Source of the DNA: Verrucomicrobiota bacterium
GTDB lineage: Bacteria; Verrucomicrobiota; Verrucomicrobiia; Limisphaerales; AAA164-E04
Assembly: GCA_047947115.1 (NCBI GenBank)
Contig: CP170459.1
Coordinates: 4,352,001-4,416,000, forward strand
DNA: 64,000 bases
Reading direction: 5' to 3'
The position numbers and the translations under genes are program-made. Below the pieces are notes generated by a model, which worked only from the letters and a program-made list of their open reading frames with translations, did not search any database and was not told the DNA's origin. This document shows positions 39,669-49,972 of the stretch, one piece after another (position 1 is the stretch's first letter; every line of letters begins with the position of its first letter).

Positions 39669-41123
39669 TCATTGTAAGTTCTGAAACTGCAATGGTCGCT
39701 CATCGCTGCCGTGAATCAACCCCAGGGCAATGTCCGACTTGAAGGAAGGTGCACTCAGCATTCTAACGCCACCACCCGAGACTGTTTCCTGTTTCAAGAC
39801 ATCTCCGCTCAAGGTATCGGTCCAGGTCGCTGTCCACTCACCTTTTGACAATTGTATCTCAAGCTCAGCCGGAACTTCGCTGACGACATAGATCGCCATG
39901 GCTTTCCCTGGCTGGACCAGGGCGCGTGCAGTTCCGCCCTCCGGCACGCCTCCACGAATCACTGAATTGTCTGGATGCATTTGAACGAAATCAAACTGGC
40001 GGATAAAATCCCCCAAAATCCTCATCTGCCTGCGAAATCCCGTATTGCCTCCTCCTGGCTGCGTGGATGGATACTCAAAGGTTCCGTCCTCAAATCCAAC
40101 CGCAAAAGAGTAGTCGAGATGATTAAACAATCCCCCACCCGCCATAATAAAATCCCAGGCTTCCTTGCGGTAAGGTTCATCGGCGTTGCCCCGAAATCCT
40201 GTTTCATTGTCACCAATTACTTTGTTCAAATGATAATTCATACCGACAGCGTCAGGCGGGGTCGCGTAATGAAAGTTGAACACGGAAACACCGGGATGCG
40301 GTTTCTCAATAAGAGCTTTTTTGTTGGCGATGTTTTGAGTGATGAGGTGTTTGTTGGGAAGAGCTTTTTCTGTCTCAATCATCAGGTCGGCAATGCGATG
40401 CTGCCATTCCATCGTCACGCCCCCGAAGTACGGCTCGTTGGCGATTTCGAGCATGACGTTGTCATATGGATTGAGCACTTCGGTGAGCTTCCGCGTCAAG
40501 GCTTCCTGATAGGCCAACAACCCACCGTTACGATCCAGTGTATATACATCATTTCGGCCGATACCCCCTACTCCATTGATGTTGTTGGCGGCGTTCATCG
40601 GGCTCAAATCCCATTGCATATCACGATACATGGGGCAAAAAAAGGTAAACTCGATCACCACCCCTTTTTCCTGGGCATATTCCATCAAATCGCGCAGACG
40701 CTCAAAATAAGCCGGATCCCACGTATCCAGATCAAACTTGTTGCCACCATTGGCGTATCCTGGTGTGTCGCTTCGTTTCCAAGGTGCCATCAACCGACCT
40801 TCAAGTGGAGCCAGGGTGTTCCGTGTAATATTGAAAGCCCCTTGCGGCTCGCAGTAGGCTCCGCTGAACACGCGGGTGAGGTTCATTCCCTGATCGGCCA
40901 AGGTATCGAGGTAGGTGCGATAATCGAAATCAAGATTCAGCAGAGTCCCGTAATGCTCGGCTGAAGTGATCAGGATGGTCGGTTGCCCACGCCACATGAA
41001 GTAGTGTGGATTCTCGGGGTGCAGCCGAATGGGGATTTCGGACTGAACTTCAGACATACAAGTTAGGCCTGTAACGTACAAAACTGCCCCGAACCCTATT
41101 GTGATCAGCGAACGAGCTTTCAT
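39669..41123 (-). CDS. Secreted clan GH-A (cellulase/GH5-like) glycoside hydrolase
   Basis: Signal peptide; EIANEP acid/base motif; FNFHY; DNETG candidate nucleophile. Confidence 0.72.
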   Translation of the reverse strand: MKARSLITIGFGAVLYVTGLTCMSEVQSEIPIRLHPENPHYFMWRGQPTILITSAEHYGTLLNLDFDYRTYLDTLADQGMNLTRVFSGAYCEPQGAFNITRNTLAPLEGRLMAPWKRSDTPGYANGGNKFDLDTWDPAYFERLRDLMEYAQEKGVVIEFTFFCPMYRDMQWDLSPMNAANNINGVGGIGRNDVYTLDRNGGLLAYQEALTRKLTEVLNPYDNVMLEIANEPYFGGVTMEWQHRIADLMIETEKALPNKHLITQNIANKKALIEKPHPGVSVFNFHYATPPDAVGMNYHLNKVIGDNETGFRGNADEPYRKEAWDFIMAGGGLFNHLDYSFAVGFEDGTFEYPSTQPGGGNTGFRRQMRILGDFIRQFDFVQMHPDNSVIRGGVPEGGTARALVQPGKAMAIYVVSEVPAELEIQLSKGEWTATWTDTLSGDVLKQETVSGGGVRMLSAPSFKSDIALGLIHGSDERPLQFQNLQ

Positions 41124-41388
41124 ATTTCAAACACGCATTTGAAACATATTATGGAATAAACGATATGAAGTCACTCCATTCCTTTTCCAACACGTGCACC
41201 TCATGTTGTCCCAATACGAAAAATTTGACGCAAAACCCCCGTGAAATTCACAGAAACGGAATCGAATCAACCACGGAGCGATTTAATTTGGGTCAACGAT
41301 GTTAAGCCGATTCTGAACGAACAAAACGAAATCCTCACAATCAACGAACCCGCTTGCGTCCAAAGGCGAAGCTCGCTAGCCTGTCGGC

Positions 41389-42513
41389 ATGAGTCAATAT
41401 GGTGCTCCCATTGGAGGCAAACCACCGGGTGGCCCCGTTCCCCCACGCGGTTATTATTCGCCCTACCCGCCCTCTCGGCGTCGGTTTGGCTTGTGGTTTA
41501 TCATCTTTGTATTGTTCGGGTTGCTCGTGCTAAGCACCTTGAGCAACATGGGCCATTACCTCGATTCCATGTCAAGTTCCGGCGGAACCGGCATGGGAAG
41601 CCCCAGGCTGGAGGAAATTCAGGTGGAAAACAATGGCGCCAATGACAAGATCCTGGTGGCTGATGTGACAGGACTCATATCCAGACTGGCACTTGAACGA
41701 AGCGGTGTGAACATGGTGCACTGGATCGATGAACAACTCAAACAGGCAGCGGACGATTTTCAGATCAAAGCGGTCATCCTGAAAGTCGACTCCCCGGGAG
41801 GCGAAGTCCTTGCATCGGATCAGATCTACGAAACCATCCTGAAATTCCAGGAAGAAACGGGCAAACCTGTCATCGCCTCCATGGCTGGATTGGCTGCGTC
41901 CGGCGGATATTACGTTTCGGCACCCTGCCGCTGGATTGTGGCCCATCCCCTGACCATCACCGGCAGCATCGGTGTCATCATGCATGGCTATAACTACCGC
42001 AACCTGATGGCAAAGGTAGGCGTCGAGCCCACTGTTTTCAAGAGCGGACGGTTCAAAGACATGCTCAGTGGCGAGAAATTTCCTGATGACGTTTCACCGG
42101 AAGAAAAAGCCATGGTGCAGGAAATGGTCGACACCACATTCAATCGTTTCAAACAAGTCATCCAGGAAGGACGCGACTGGGCCCAAAGCCAGGATGGGGA
42201 CTCAGGAAAGCCGCTTGCCTCCAACTGGCGGAACTTTGCCGACGGGCGCATTCTTTCCGGTGAACAAGCCTTTGAGCTGGGATTGGTCGATGAGCTGGGT
42301 GGATTCGAAAAAGCTGTTGCGCGCGCCAAGTCGCTTGCCGGTATCGCGGAAGCCAACCTGATTGCCTACGATAAACCCTTTTCCTTTTCCTCCTTCTTCC
42401 GCTTTCTGGGCAAGGCGGAATCCAACCAGAAGATCGAGGTCGACCTTGGATTTGATCGTCCCAAATTACAGGCGGGACGTTTGTATCTGCTTTCCCCTAC
42501 TTACATTCAATAA
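41389..42513 (+). CDS. sppA: Signal peptide peptidase SppA (S49, short type)
   Basis: N-terminal TM; VDSPGGEV, AASGGYY, TGSIGVI, KSGRFKD, ADGRI and GLVDELG. Confidence 0.93.
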   Translation: MSQYGAPIGGKPPGGPVPPRGYYSPYPPSRRRFGLWFIIFVLFGLLVLSTLSNMGHYLDSMSSSGGTGMGSPRLEEIQVENNGANDKILVADVTGLISRLALERSGVNMVHWIDEQLKQAADDFQIKAVILKVDSPGGEVLASDQIYETILKFQEETGKPVIASMAGLAASGGYYVSAPCRWIVAHPLTITGSIGVIMHGYNYRNLMAKVGVEPTVFKSGRFKDMLSGEKFPDDVSPEEKAMVQEMVDTTFNRFKQVIQEGRDWAQSQDGDSGKPLASNWRNFADGRILSGEQAFELGLVDELGGFEKAVARAKSLAGIAEANLIAYDKPFSFSSFFRFLGKAESNQKIEVDLGFDRPKLQAGRLYLLSPTYIQ

Positions 42514-42548
42514 CACCTACTAGAACAAACCCATTCACCGATTGACAC

Positions 42549-43715
42549 ATGGCAGCCAAAAAAACTTCCAAAAAGCCCAAGACACAAAAACCGGAAGATG
42601 TCTTGATCATAGCAGACAGCGAACACAGCGCCGACATTTTGTATGCTACTGGCATGTTCGTTCCGGATCCGTTTATTTACCTTAGAGGCAAGGGTAAGGA
42701 GATCATCTGCATGAGCGATCTGGAATTCGATCGCGCCGCCAAAGAAGCGCCTCACTGTGAAGTGATTTCCCTCACCAAAATTCAATCCATCCTGCGGGCG
42801 GCGGGTGTCGAACAACCGGGCTGGGGAGAGGTGGCGAGCTGGATGTTGGATAAATACCGCGTCCAATCCATACAGGTTCCGGATGCATTCCCCCTGAAGA
42901 TGGCCAACATCATCAACGAACGATGCCCAAAGATTAAGCTGCACCCCACCGAAGTCTTCCCCGAACGCCTGATCAAACAACCCAAGGAAATCAAACACCT
43001 GCAGGAAGCCCTGCGCATGACCGAGATCGGCCTGGAAGTGGCCGTCCGCACCTTGAAACAGTCCAAGATCGGCCCAAAGGCGGAACTCCTTTTTCAGGGC
43101 AAACCCCTGACCTCTGAAAAACTGCGGGCCATCATCCACACCGCCATCTGCCAGGAAGGCGGACAAGCCAGCAACACGATTGTGGCCGGAGGCAATCAGG
43201 CCTGTGATCCACACAACCGTGGATCCGGCAAGCTCAAAGCGCATCAGGCCATCATTCTCGACATTTTCCCCCGTTCGGAAACCACAGGTTATTTTGGGGA
43301 TATGACACGTACTGTGGTGCGTGGCAAAGCAAGTGATGGCGTGAAACAACAATACGCCGCCGTCGGAGAAGCCCAACAAGCTGCAATCGACATGGCACGC
43401 GACGGGGTGTCCGGACTCGCCATCCACGAAGCTGTTGAACACGTTTTCAAGAAACTCGGTTTTCCGACTCAACGCATCAAAGGCCGCATGTCTGGATTTT
43501 ATCATGGCACTGGACATGGGCTCGGCCTCGAGATTCATGAATGGCCGCGCATGGGCAAATCCTCCACGGATATCATGCGTTCCGGCAACGTTATGACTGT
43601 TGAACCAGGACTCTACTATTACGGCATTGGAGGGGTTCGTCTGGAGGACGTGATCCTCATTCGTCCGGGTAAAGCCAAAGTGTTGACCTCTTTCGAAAAG
43701 GTTTTGGAAATCTAA
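42549..43715 (+). CDS. Xaa-Pro peptidase family (M24B) protein
   Basis: D...GYFGDMTRT, HGTGHGLGLEIHE, VEPGLY and GVRLED motifs. Confidence 0.92.
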   Translation: MAAKKTSKKPKTQKPEDVLIIADSEHSADILYATGMFVPDPFIYLRGKGKEIICMSDLEFDRAAKEAPHCEVISLTKIQSILRAAGVEQPGWGEVASWMLDKYRVQSIQVPDAFPLKMANIINERCPKIKLHPTEVFPERLIKQPKEIKHLQEALRMTEIGLEVAVRTLKQSKIGPKAELLFQGKPLTSEKLRAIIHTAICQEGGQASNTIVAGGNQACDPHNRGSGKLKAHQAIILDIFPRSETTGYFGDMTRTVVRGKASDGVKQQYAAVGEAQQAAIDMARDGVSGLAIHEAVEHVFKKLGFPTQRIKGRMSGFYHGTGHGLGLEIHEWPRMGKSSTDIMRSGNVMTVEPGLYYYGIGGVRLEDVILIRPGKAKVLTSFEKVLEI

Positions 43716-43738
43716 TCAACATCAGACTATCAAACGAC

Positions 43739-45031
43739 ATGCGACTGACAGATCAATCCAAAGAATTATTTGCAGCATCACTGAAACACATACCCGGCGG
43801 GGTCAACTCCCCGGTCCGAGCCTTTCGCGCGGTGGGCGGCGAACCGTTTTTCGTCGACCGGGCCAAAGGCTCTCATATCTGGGATGTGGATGGAAATGAT
43901 TACATTGACTACGTCGGCACCTGGGGCCCGGCGATTCTTGGCCACGCTTACCCAGACATTATCGACGCCGTCAAGAAAGCGGCCGATCACGGAACCAGCT
44001 TTGGGATCCCGAATCCTTTCGAACCCCGAATGGCCAAACTGATCAAGGATCTTTTCCCCAGTGTGGACAAGGTCCGCATGTGCAATTCCGGAACAGAAGC
44101 CTGCATGAGCGCCATCCGTGTGGCTCGCGGCGCAACCGGACGGGATAAAATCATCAAGTTCGATGGATGTTATCACGGCCACACCGACTCGCTGCTGGTC
44201 AAAGCCGGTTCCGGCGCTTTGACATTTGGGAATCCCGACAGCGCAGGCGTCCCGAAGGAATTCACACAACACACCGTCGTTCTCCCTTACAACGATGCCG
44301 ACGCTGTGGCGCAAGCGTTGGAAGCCAACAAAGATCAAGTCGCCGCGATCATTCTTGAACCCATCGTCGGCAATGCCGGGTTGATATTACCCAAGGATGG
44401 ATTCCTACAAAAGCTGCGCGAGCTCACTTCCCAGCACGGAACGCTTTTGATTTTTGATGAAGTCATGACCGGTTTCCGTGTTTCAAAAGGCGGAGCCCAG
44501 GAACTCTACGGCATCAAACCCGACCTCACCTGTTTCGGCAAAATCATCGGTGGCGGCCTGCCGGTCGGGGCATTTGGGGGACGTGAAGATATCATGAATT
44601 ACCTGGCTCCCATTGGACCTGTTTATCAAGCCGGGACACTCAGTGGCAACCCTCTCGCCATGGCGGCGGGTATTGCGGCGCTGGAAGCCTTGAAGTCCGG
44701 CGAAGTGCACCAACGCCTGGAACAACTGGGCGTACGCCTGGAAGCCGGCATGAAACAAGCAGCTGCGGATGCCAATCTGGATGTCACATTCCAGCGATGT
44801 GGTTCCATGTTCTGCGGATATTTTGGCAAAGACCCGGTTTACAATCTCAGCGATGCCATGAAGTGTGACCGGGACCTTTTCACCCGTTATTTTCACGGCA
44901 TGCTGGAACGGGGCGTATATGTGGCACCGTCACAGTTTGAAGCCGGATTCATTTCGGCGGCACACTCGGAAGAAGACATTGACAAAACCATCGAAGCGGC
45001 AGCGGAATCGATGAAACACATCCGCGACTAA
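43739..45031 (+). CDS. hemL: Glutamate-1-semialdehyde 2,1-aminomutase
   Basis: PGGVNSPVRAF, NSGTEA, YHGH, FDEVMTGFR, FGKIIGGGLPVG and YQAGTLSGNP. Confidence 0.97.
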   Translation: MRLTDQSKELFAASLKHIPGGVNSPVRAFRAVGGEPFFVDRAKGSHIWDVDGNDYIDYVGTWGPAILGHAYPDIIDAVKKAADHGTSFGIPNPFEPRMAKLIKDLFPSVDKVRMCNSGTEACMSAIRVARGATGRDKIIKFDGCYHGHTDSLLVKAGSGALTFGNPDSAGVPKEFTQHTVVLPYNDADAVAQALEANKDQVAAIILEPIVGNAGLILPKDGFLQKLRELTSQHGTLLIFDEVMTGFRVSKGGAQELYGIKPDLTCFGKIIGGGLPVGAFGGREDIMNYLAPIGPVYQAGTLSGNPLAMAAGIAALEALKSGEVHQRLEQLGVRLEAGMKQAAADANLDVTFQRCGSMFCGYFGKDPVYNLSDAMKCDRDLFTRYFHGMLERGVYVAPSQFEAGFISAAHSEEDIDKTIEAAAESMKHIRD

Positions 45032-45054
45032 GGCTTAGATCTTTTACTTTTATC

Positions 45055-45462
45055 ATGCGTATCCTGGCTCTGGATCATGGAACAGTCAGAATCGGTGTGG
45101 CGATCAGCGACGAAATGCAGATGATTGCCCAGCCGGTCCAATACATCGATGCCGTACCTCCCAACAAAATCGTGGATTACATCCGCTCCGAATGGGAAGG
45201 CAAACTGGAACTCATTCTGGTGGGCATGCCCCGCAACATGGACGGCAGCTACGGTCCCGCTGCCGAGAAAGTGAAGGCTTTCGTGGACATGTTGAAAGAA
45301 AGCATCAGCACTCCCATCCGCACCTGGGACGAACGCCTGACCAGCGCCCAGGCAAACCGGGTCATGATCGAAGCGGACGTACGCCGCGACAAACGCAAAC
45401 AAAAAGTAGACTCCATGTCCGCCGCCATCCTGTTGCAGAGTTATCTGGACGGTCAATTGTAA
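45055..45462 (+). CDS. ruvX: RuvX/YqgF putative pre-16S rRNA nuclease
   Basis: MRILALDHG..RIGVAISD, VGMP, WDERLTS and VD..SAAILLQSYLD. Confidence 0.95.
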   Translation: MRILALDHGTVRIGVAISDEMQMIAQPVQYIDAVPPNKIVDYIRSEWEGKLELILVGMPRNMDGSYGPAAEKVKAFVDMLKESISTPIRTWDERLTSAQANRVMIEADVRRDKRKQKVDSMSAAILLQSYLDGQL

Positions 45463-45494
45463 GTTGGCACAGATCCTCAGTCCTATCTTGAACC

Positions 45495-46118
45495 ATGTTG
45501 GTTTTGAACCATCTGAAGCCTTTTGCGATTGGAGGCACCCGCCGGTGCTACATTCATCCGGAATATCCGGATCGCTGCGTCAAGGTGCTGCGCCCGGACC
45601 GCACCCCAGAGGAACGCAGAGCGCTCGCCAAGGGGTGGAGAAAATTTCGTGGACTCAAGGGATTTGATGACCAATGGAAAGAGCTGAAGATTTATCAATT
45701 CCTTCTGGCGAAGAACAATCCACGACTATGGGAACACATACCCAAATTCTTCGGCACCGAAGAGTCGGACCAGGGAATGGCCATCGTCACTCAAATTTAC
45801 CGCAATCATGATGGAGCCTTTCCTTCAAACCTGGAACAATTGCTCCCGAAAGGCATGACAGAAGGCATCCACAAGGCCATGGAACAGTTCAAAACCTGGT
45901 TGCGCCGGGAATTATTTCTGTCGAGAAACCTCCTTCCGCACAATATCATCGCGGTGGAAGAAGCGCCGGATCAATACCGACTGGTCATCGTCGATGGCCT
46001 TGGTAACAGTGAATTCATACCAGTATCGGACTGGTTTCGATTCCTGGCCAGAAAGAAAGTGGAGCGACGCATTGAGACATTCGAATACCGCACACGCATC
46101 CTGCTGCCCAACTGCTGA
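45495..46118 (+). CDS. YrbL-family kinase-like protein
   Basis: G..R.CY.HP....RCVKV, IPKFFG, HNII and LVIVDGLG motifs. Confidence 0.75.
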   Translation: MLVLNHLKPFAIGGTRRCYIHPEYPDRCVKVLRPDRTPEERRALAKGWRKFRGLKGFDDQWKELKIYQFLLAKNNPRLWEHIPKFFGTEESDQGMAIVTQIYRNHDGAFPSNLEQLLPKGMTEGIHKAMEQFKTWLRRELFLSRNLLPHNIIAVEEAPDQYRLVIVDGLGNSEFIPVSDWFRFLARKKVERRIETFEYRTRILLPNC

Positions 46119-46133
46119 TCAAAATCAAACAAC

Positions 46134-46898
46134 ATGCAATTCTTAAAATCATTGGAAGTCAAAGTGCGCCGATTCAGGGACAAACTGAGTCCTTTGTTGT
46201 ATGCGGGCAGTACTTTTCACTGTCCCGTGTGCGAACACTCCTTCCGCAAATTCCGGAGTGCGGGTCGTGGTGATCGCAAACGCGCCAACGCCGTGTGCCC
46301 CTGGTGCATTTCCCGAGAACGTGACCGATTGGTTTACAGTTATCTGAAGCAGGAAAAAGCGCACCTTTTCAACGAGAAGACCCGTATGCTCCACATCGCG
46401 CCGGAACCTTGTCTGGAAACCAAGTTTCGTTCTTGGGCCAAAGAACTCTATCTGACTGCGGATTTGATTCGAAAGGATGTGGATGAGCAATTTGATGTGA
46501 TGTCCACCCCACACGCGGACGAAAGCTTTGACGCCATTTTTTGCAGCCACGTTTTGCAGGATGTGCCCGACGATCTGCAAGCCATGCGGGAATTCTTCCG
46601 GTTACTGGCCCCAGGCGGATGGGCCATCCTCAATGTCCCGGTGGTCACCACTGCTTCGGCGGATCACCAGGCGCAACCAGGAAATATTCGCAAAGCAACA
46701 GACAAACGTCCGGACGAACATCTGCGTTCCTATGGAGAAGATTATCCTGACCGAATGCGTGGCATTGGATTTGAGGTGGAAACGATTGAAGCGTCCGACC
46801 TTTTCAAACCGGAAGAATTGACTCGACTCGCCATGGACCGCAAGGAAACCGGAGCCGTCTATATCGGGTTCAAACGCACAACAACAAGCCATGGATAA
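46134..46898 (+). CDS. Class I SAM-dependent methyltransferase with N-terminal Zn-ribbon
   Basis: CPVC...CPWC; LHIAPE; FDAIFCSHVL; RLLAPGG. Confidence 0.85.
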   Translation: MQFLKSLEVKVRRFRDKLSPLLYAGSTFHCPVCEHSFRKFRSAGRGDRKRANAVCPWCISRERDRLVYSYLKQEKAHLFNEKTRMLHIAPEPCLETKFRSWAKELYLTADLIRKDVDEQFDVMSTPHADESFDAIFCSHVLQDVPDDLQAMREFFRLLAPGGWAILNVPVVTTASADHQAQPGNIRKATDKRPDEHLRSYGEDYPDRMRGIGFEVETIEASDLFKPEELTRLAMDRKETGAVYIGFKRTTTSHG

Positions 46899-47721
46899 CC
46901 TCCCATTGTTGGCTGGCATGCTGGCGTTGTCGGGTTTCGTCTGGTTTTCCTGGCGTTATGCCTGGTGGCGGCCGTCGGTGGATGAGATCCATCCCCGGAT
47001 ACTCATGTATCACATGATTCGAGATGCCGTTCCCGGCGCCAGGTTCAATGGGATGCGGGTCTCCCCCGCCCTGTTTGACAAACAAGTCGCTTATCTCAAA
47101 GAAAATGGATGGCATTTTTACACCGTATCTGAATTGATCGAACAGTGGGACATGCTGCCCCCAAAAAGTGTGGGTATCACCTTCGACGACGGATACGCCG
47201 ACAACGTCGAGCAAGCCCTTCCCATCCTTAAAAAACATGGAGCCAAGGGAACCGTTTATCTGGTGGTCGACCGTCATCAGACAGAATGGTCGGTGAACAA
47301 AAAGAAGAAACACGATTCGGGAGAACTGAAACGCGAACCCAAGTTGAAAGATTCGCAAGTAATGGAATTGATTGAAAGCGGTGTGATCGAAATCGCTTCT
47401 CATACCATGACACACCCCAACTTCGCCGACATCAGCACCGAGACCAAACGGAAAGAACTCACCCAGAGTAAAAACATGCTGGAAGCCCGGTTCGGAATTG
47501 AAATCAAAACATTTGCTTACCCCTTCGGTATATTGAAAGAGGAAGATTCGGACCTTGTCCAGGAAGCCGGTTACATGGGAGCGGTGACCACAGTCTCAGG
47601 CATCGATCAGCGGCAGCCATTCAACCCATTCTTGCTCAAACGTCTTAAAATCAGCGGCAAGGAAGGCATGCTTGCCTTCAAACTCCGCTTACGCAGCGGC
47701 ATGCGAGGGGCCAACAAGTGA
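46891..47721 (+). CDS. Membrane-anchored polysaccharide deacetylase (CE4/NodB)
   Basis: N-terminal TM; ILMYH, ITFDDGY, SHTMTH and FAYPFG. Confidence 0.9.
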   Translation: MDNLPLLAGMLALSGFVWFSWRYAWWRPSVDEIHPRILMYHMIRDAVPGARFNGMRVSPALFDKQVAYLKENGWHFYTVSELIEQWDMLPPKSVGITFDDGYADNVEQALPILKKHGAKGTVYLVVDRHQTEWSVNKKKKHDSGELKREPKLKDSQVMELIESGVIEIASHTMTHPNFADISTETKRKELTQSKNMLEARFGIEIKTFAYPFGILKEEDSDLVQEAGYMGAVTTVSGIDQRQPFNPFLLKRLKISGKEGMLAFKLRLRSGMRGANK

Positions 47722-47844
47722 GAACTTTTCGTAGTCATAAGGGCCAGACTATCCTGTTCACTCTGTCTAAAAAATCCCCTGAAGTTACCACTGTGCAGCA
47801 TGCCCAAAAGCATGTAACATCCCTTCTCAAACGAGAGCATCAAC

Positions 47845-48795
47845 ATGATTCAGAACAAACGGATATTTATCACGGGCGGCGCCGGATTCATCGCCAACAC
47901 ATTGATCAAACGACTGGCTGACCAAAACGAAATCACGGTCTTTGATAACTTTGCGCGCGATACCCTGACTGAAAGCGGCTATGCCAACCATGGCAATGTA
48001 ACCGTGATTCGGGGTGATGTTCTGGACTATCCCAGTTTGGAAAAATCGCTCAAAGGATTTGACATGGTGGTACACGCCGCTGCCATCGCAGGCATCGACA
48101 CTGTCATCAAGAACCCGATCCTGACCATGGAAGTCAACATGATCGGCACCGCCAATGTGCTTCGAGCCGCCGCGCTGCATGGAGTCACCGATCGGCTCCT
48201 GGATTTTTCCACCTCGGAAGTCTTTGGTTCCATGGCCATGAATTCACGCGAAGAGGATCTGGCAGTTACCGGTTCGGCAGGTGAAGCCCGCTGGGTTTAT
48301 TCGGTGAGCAAACTGGCAGGCGAACACCTGGTCAAGGCCTACCATCACCAACACGGACTCCCCACCGTCACCGTGCGTCCCTTCAACGTTTACGGGCCTG
48401 GACAAACCGGTGAAGGCGCCATGCAGATTTTCATCAAGAAAGCGTTGAAGGATGAATCCATCAACATCTATGGAGACGGCACCCAGATACGTGCCTGGTG
48501 TTTTGTGGATGATTTCGTGGAATGCCTGATGCGTTGTCTGGAATCCCCCAAAGCGGTGGGCCAGACTTACAACATCGGCAATGCACGCAGTGCCATCACC
48601 ATCCTGGGGTTGGCGCAGACGGTCTGCCGTGTGTTGGATTCCAAATCCAAGATCGAATTTAAACCCTCTCTTTCCGCCGACATTGCGCTGCGCATTCCAA
48701 GCGTGGAAAAAATTGAACAGGATTTGGGATTCAAGGCAAAGATCGACCTGGAAGAAGGCATCCAGAAAACGGCTGAGTATTTCAAGAACCGTTGA
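47845..48795 (+). CDS. NAD-dependent nucleotide-sugar epimerase/dehydratase
   Basis: [21 protein letters not shown] (YxxxK) and RPFNVYGPG. Confidence 0.92.
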   Translation: MIQNKRIFITGGAGFIANTLIKRLADQNEITVFDNFARDTLTESGYANHGNVTVIRGDVLDYPSLEKSLKGFDMVVHAAAIAGIDTVIKNPILTMEVNMIGTANVLRAAALHGVTDRLLDFSTSEVFGSMAMNSREEDLAVTGSAGEARWVYSVSKLAGEHLVKAYHHQHGLPTVTVRPFNVYGPGQTGEGAMQIFIKKALKDESINIYGDGTQIRAWCFVDDFVECLMRCLESPKAVGQTYNIGNARSAITILGLAQTVCRVLDSKSKIEFKPSLSADIALRIPSVEKIEQDLGFKAKIDLEEGIQKTAEYFKNR

Positions 48796-48796
48796 T

Positions 48797-49924
48797 ATGT
48801 CATCCGACATCATACCACTCATGCGACCGGACATTGGTCCGGCGGAACTGGAGGCGGTGACCCGCGTCCTTCAGTCGGGATGGCTCGTTCAAGGCAAGGA
48901 AGTCGAACGCTTTGAACAATCCATCGCATCCAGACACGAACTGCTTCACGGCATCGCTGTTTCATCCGCGACGGCCGGATTACATCTCGCATATGAAGCC
49001 TTGGGCATCCAAAAAAATGAAGTGATCCTCATACCCAGTTTTGCCTGGCCTTCAGCGGCAAACATGGCCGTCCGTTGCGGTGCCGAGGTGGTCTTTGTCG
49101 ATGTGGAGCCACTGACTTACAACATTTGCCCCAAAGATCTTAAAACCAAACTTTCTCAATGCAAGGAAGCGGGTAAACGCGTTCAGGGACTGGTGGTCGT
49201 TCACGAATTCGGTTTGCCGGCAGATATGGACGCCATCATGCCTTTGGCGGAAACGGAACACATCTGGGTCATTGAAGACGCCGCCTGTGCACTGGGAGCC
49301 CGGCTTCCTTCGGGGGCGGTGGGAACATTCGGCGTCATGGGAATCTTCAGCTTCCACCCCCGTAAATCCCTGACCACCGGCGAAGGGGGTTGCATCGTCA
49401 CGAACGATCCGGACTTGGAAGCCTGTCTGCGCAGCCTGCGGAACCACGGTCAAATCATCGAGAATGGCCAACGTCAATTTGGATCCTGTGGGTGGAACTA
49501 TCGTCTCACGGAATTTCAAGGTGCATTGGGCAACACCCAACTGGAGCGTTACGACACCATGCTTGCACAACGCAGACAAGTGGCAGCCTGGTATCACCAA
49601 CACCTCTCCGAAATCGAAGGACTTGCGCTTCCTCCACTGGATGAAAGCCATACATGGCAAACATTCATGACAGTTTTGGGAGATGCATTCCAGCGAGACA
49701 ACATTGTCGCGGACATGCGGAAACAAGGGATTGAGTGTTCCATGGGGGCATTTGCCGCGCATCGTCTGAATCCGTTTGCCTCCCGCCATTTGAACAAGGA
49801 AGATGATTGCCCGGTTTCCACTCGACTCCTGAATCAGGGGCTGGCCTTGCCTCTGCACGCGTTCCTGGACGAAACCAAAGTGAAACGAGTCGCAGAAAGT
49901 CTCAAAGTAAGCCTGTCGCGGTAG
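48797..49924 (+). CDS. DegT/DnrJ/EryC1/StrS sugar aminotransferase
   Basis: SSATAGLH, VIEDAA, SFHPRKSLTTGEGG (PLP lysine) and G.NYRL. Start placed at the ATG of MSSDIIP. Confidence 0.92.
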   Translation: MSSDIIPLMRPDIGPAELEAVTRVLQSGWLVQGKEVERFEQSIASRHELLHGIAVSSATAGLHLAYEALGIQKNEVILIPSFAWPSAANMAVRCGAEVVFVDVEPLTYNICPKDLKTKLSQCKEAGKRVQGLVVVHEFGLPADMDAIMPLAETEHIWVIEDAACALGARLPSGAVGTFGVMGIFSFHPRKSLTTGEGGCIVTNDPDLEACLRSLRNHGQIIENGQRQFGSCGWNYRLTEFQGALGNTQLERYDTMLAQRRQVAAWYHQHLSEIEGLALPPLDESHTWQTFMTVLGDAFQRDNIVADMRKQGIECSMGAFAAHRLNPFASRHLNKEDDCPVSTRLLNQGLALPLHAFLDETKVKRVAESLKVSLSR

Positions 49925-49972
49925 CAGGACCTGCTTCCAGCCAAAAAACAAAATCCAATTACCTGAGTCTTC

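Noticed and set aside
48581..48796. ORF-track N-terminal extensions of the aminotransferase, gcvP, the helicase, the sialidase, the acyltransferase and DUF1080
   Set aside because: They overlap neighbouring genes or promoters, and family similarity begins at downstream ATGs.
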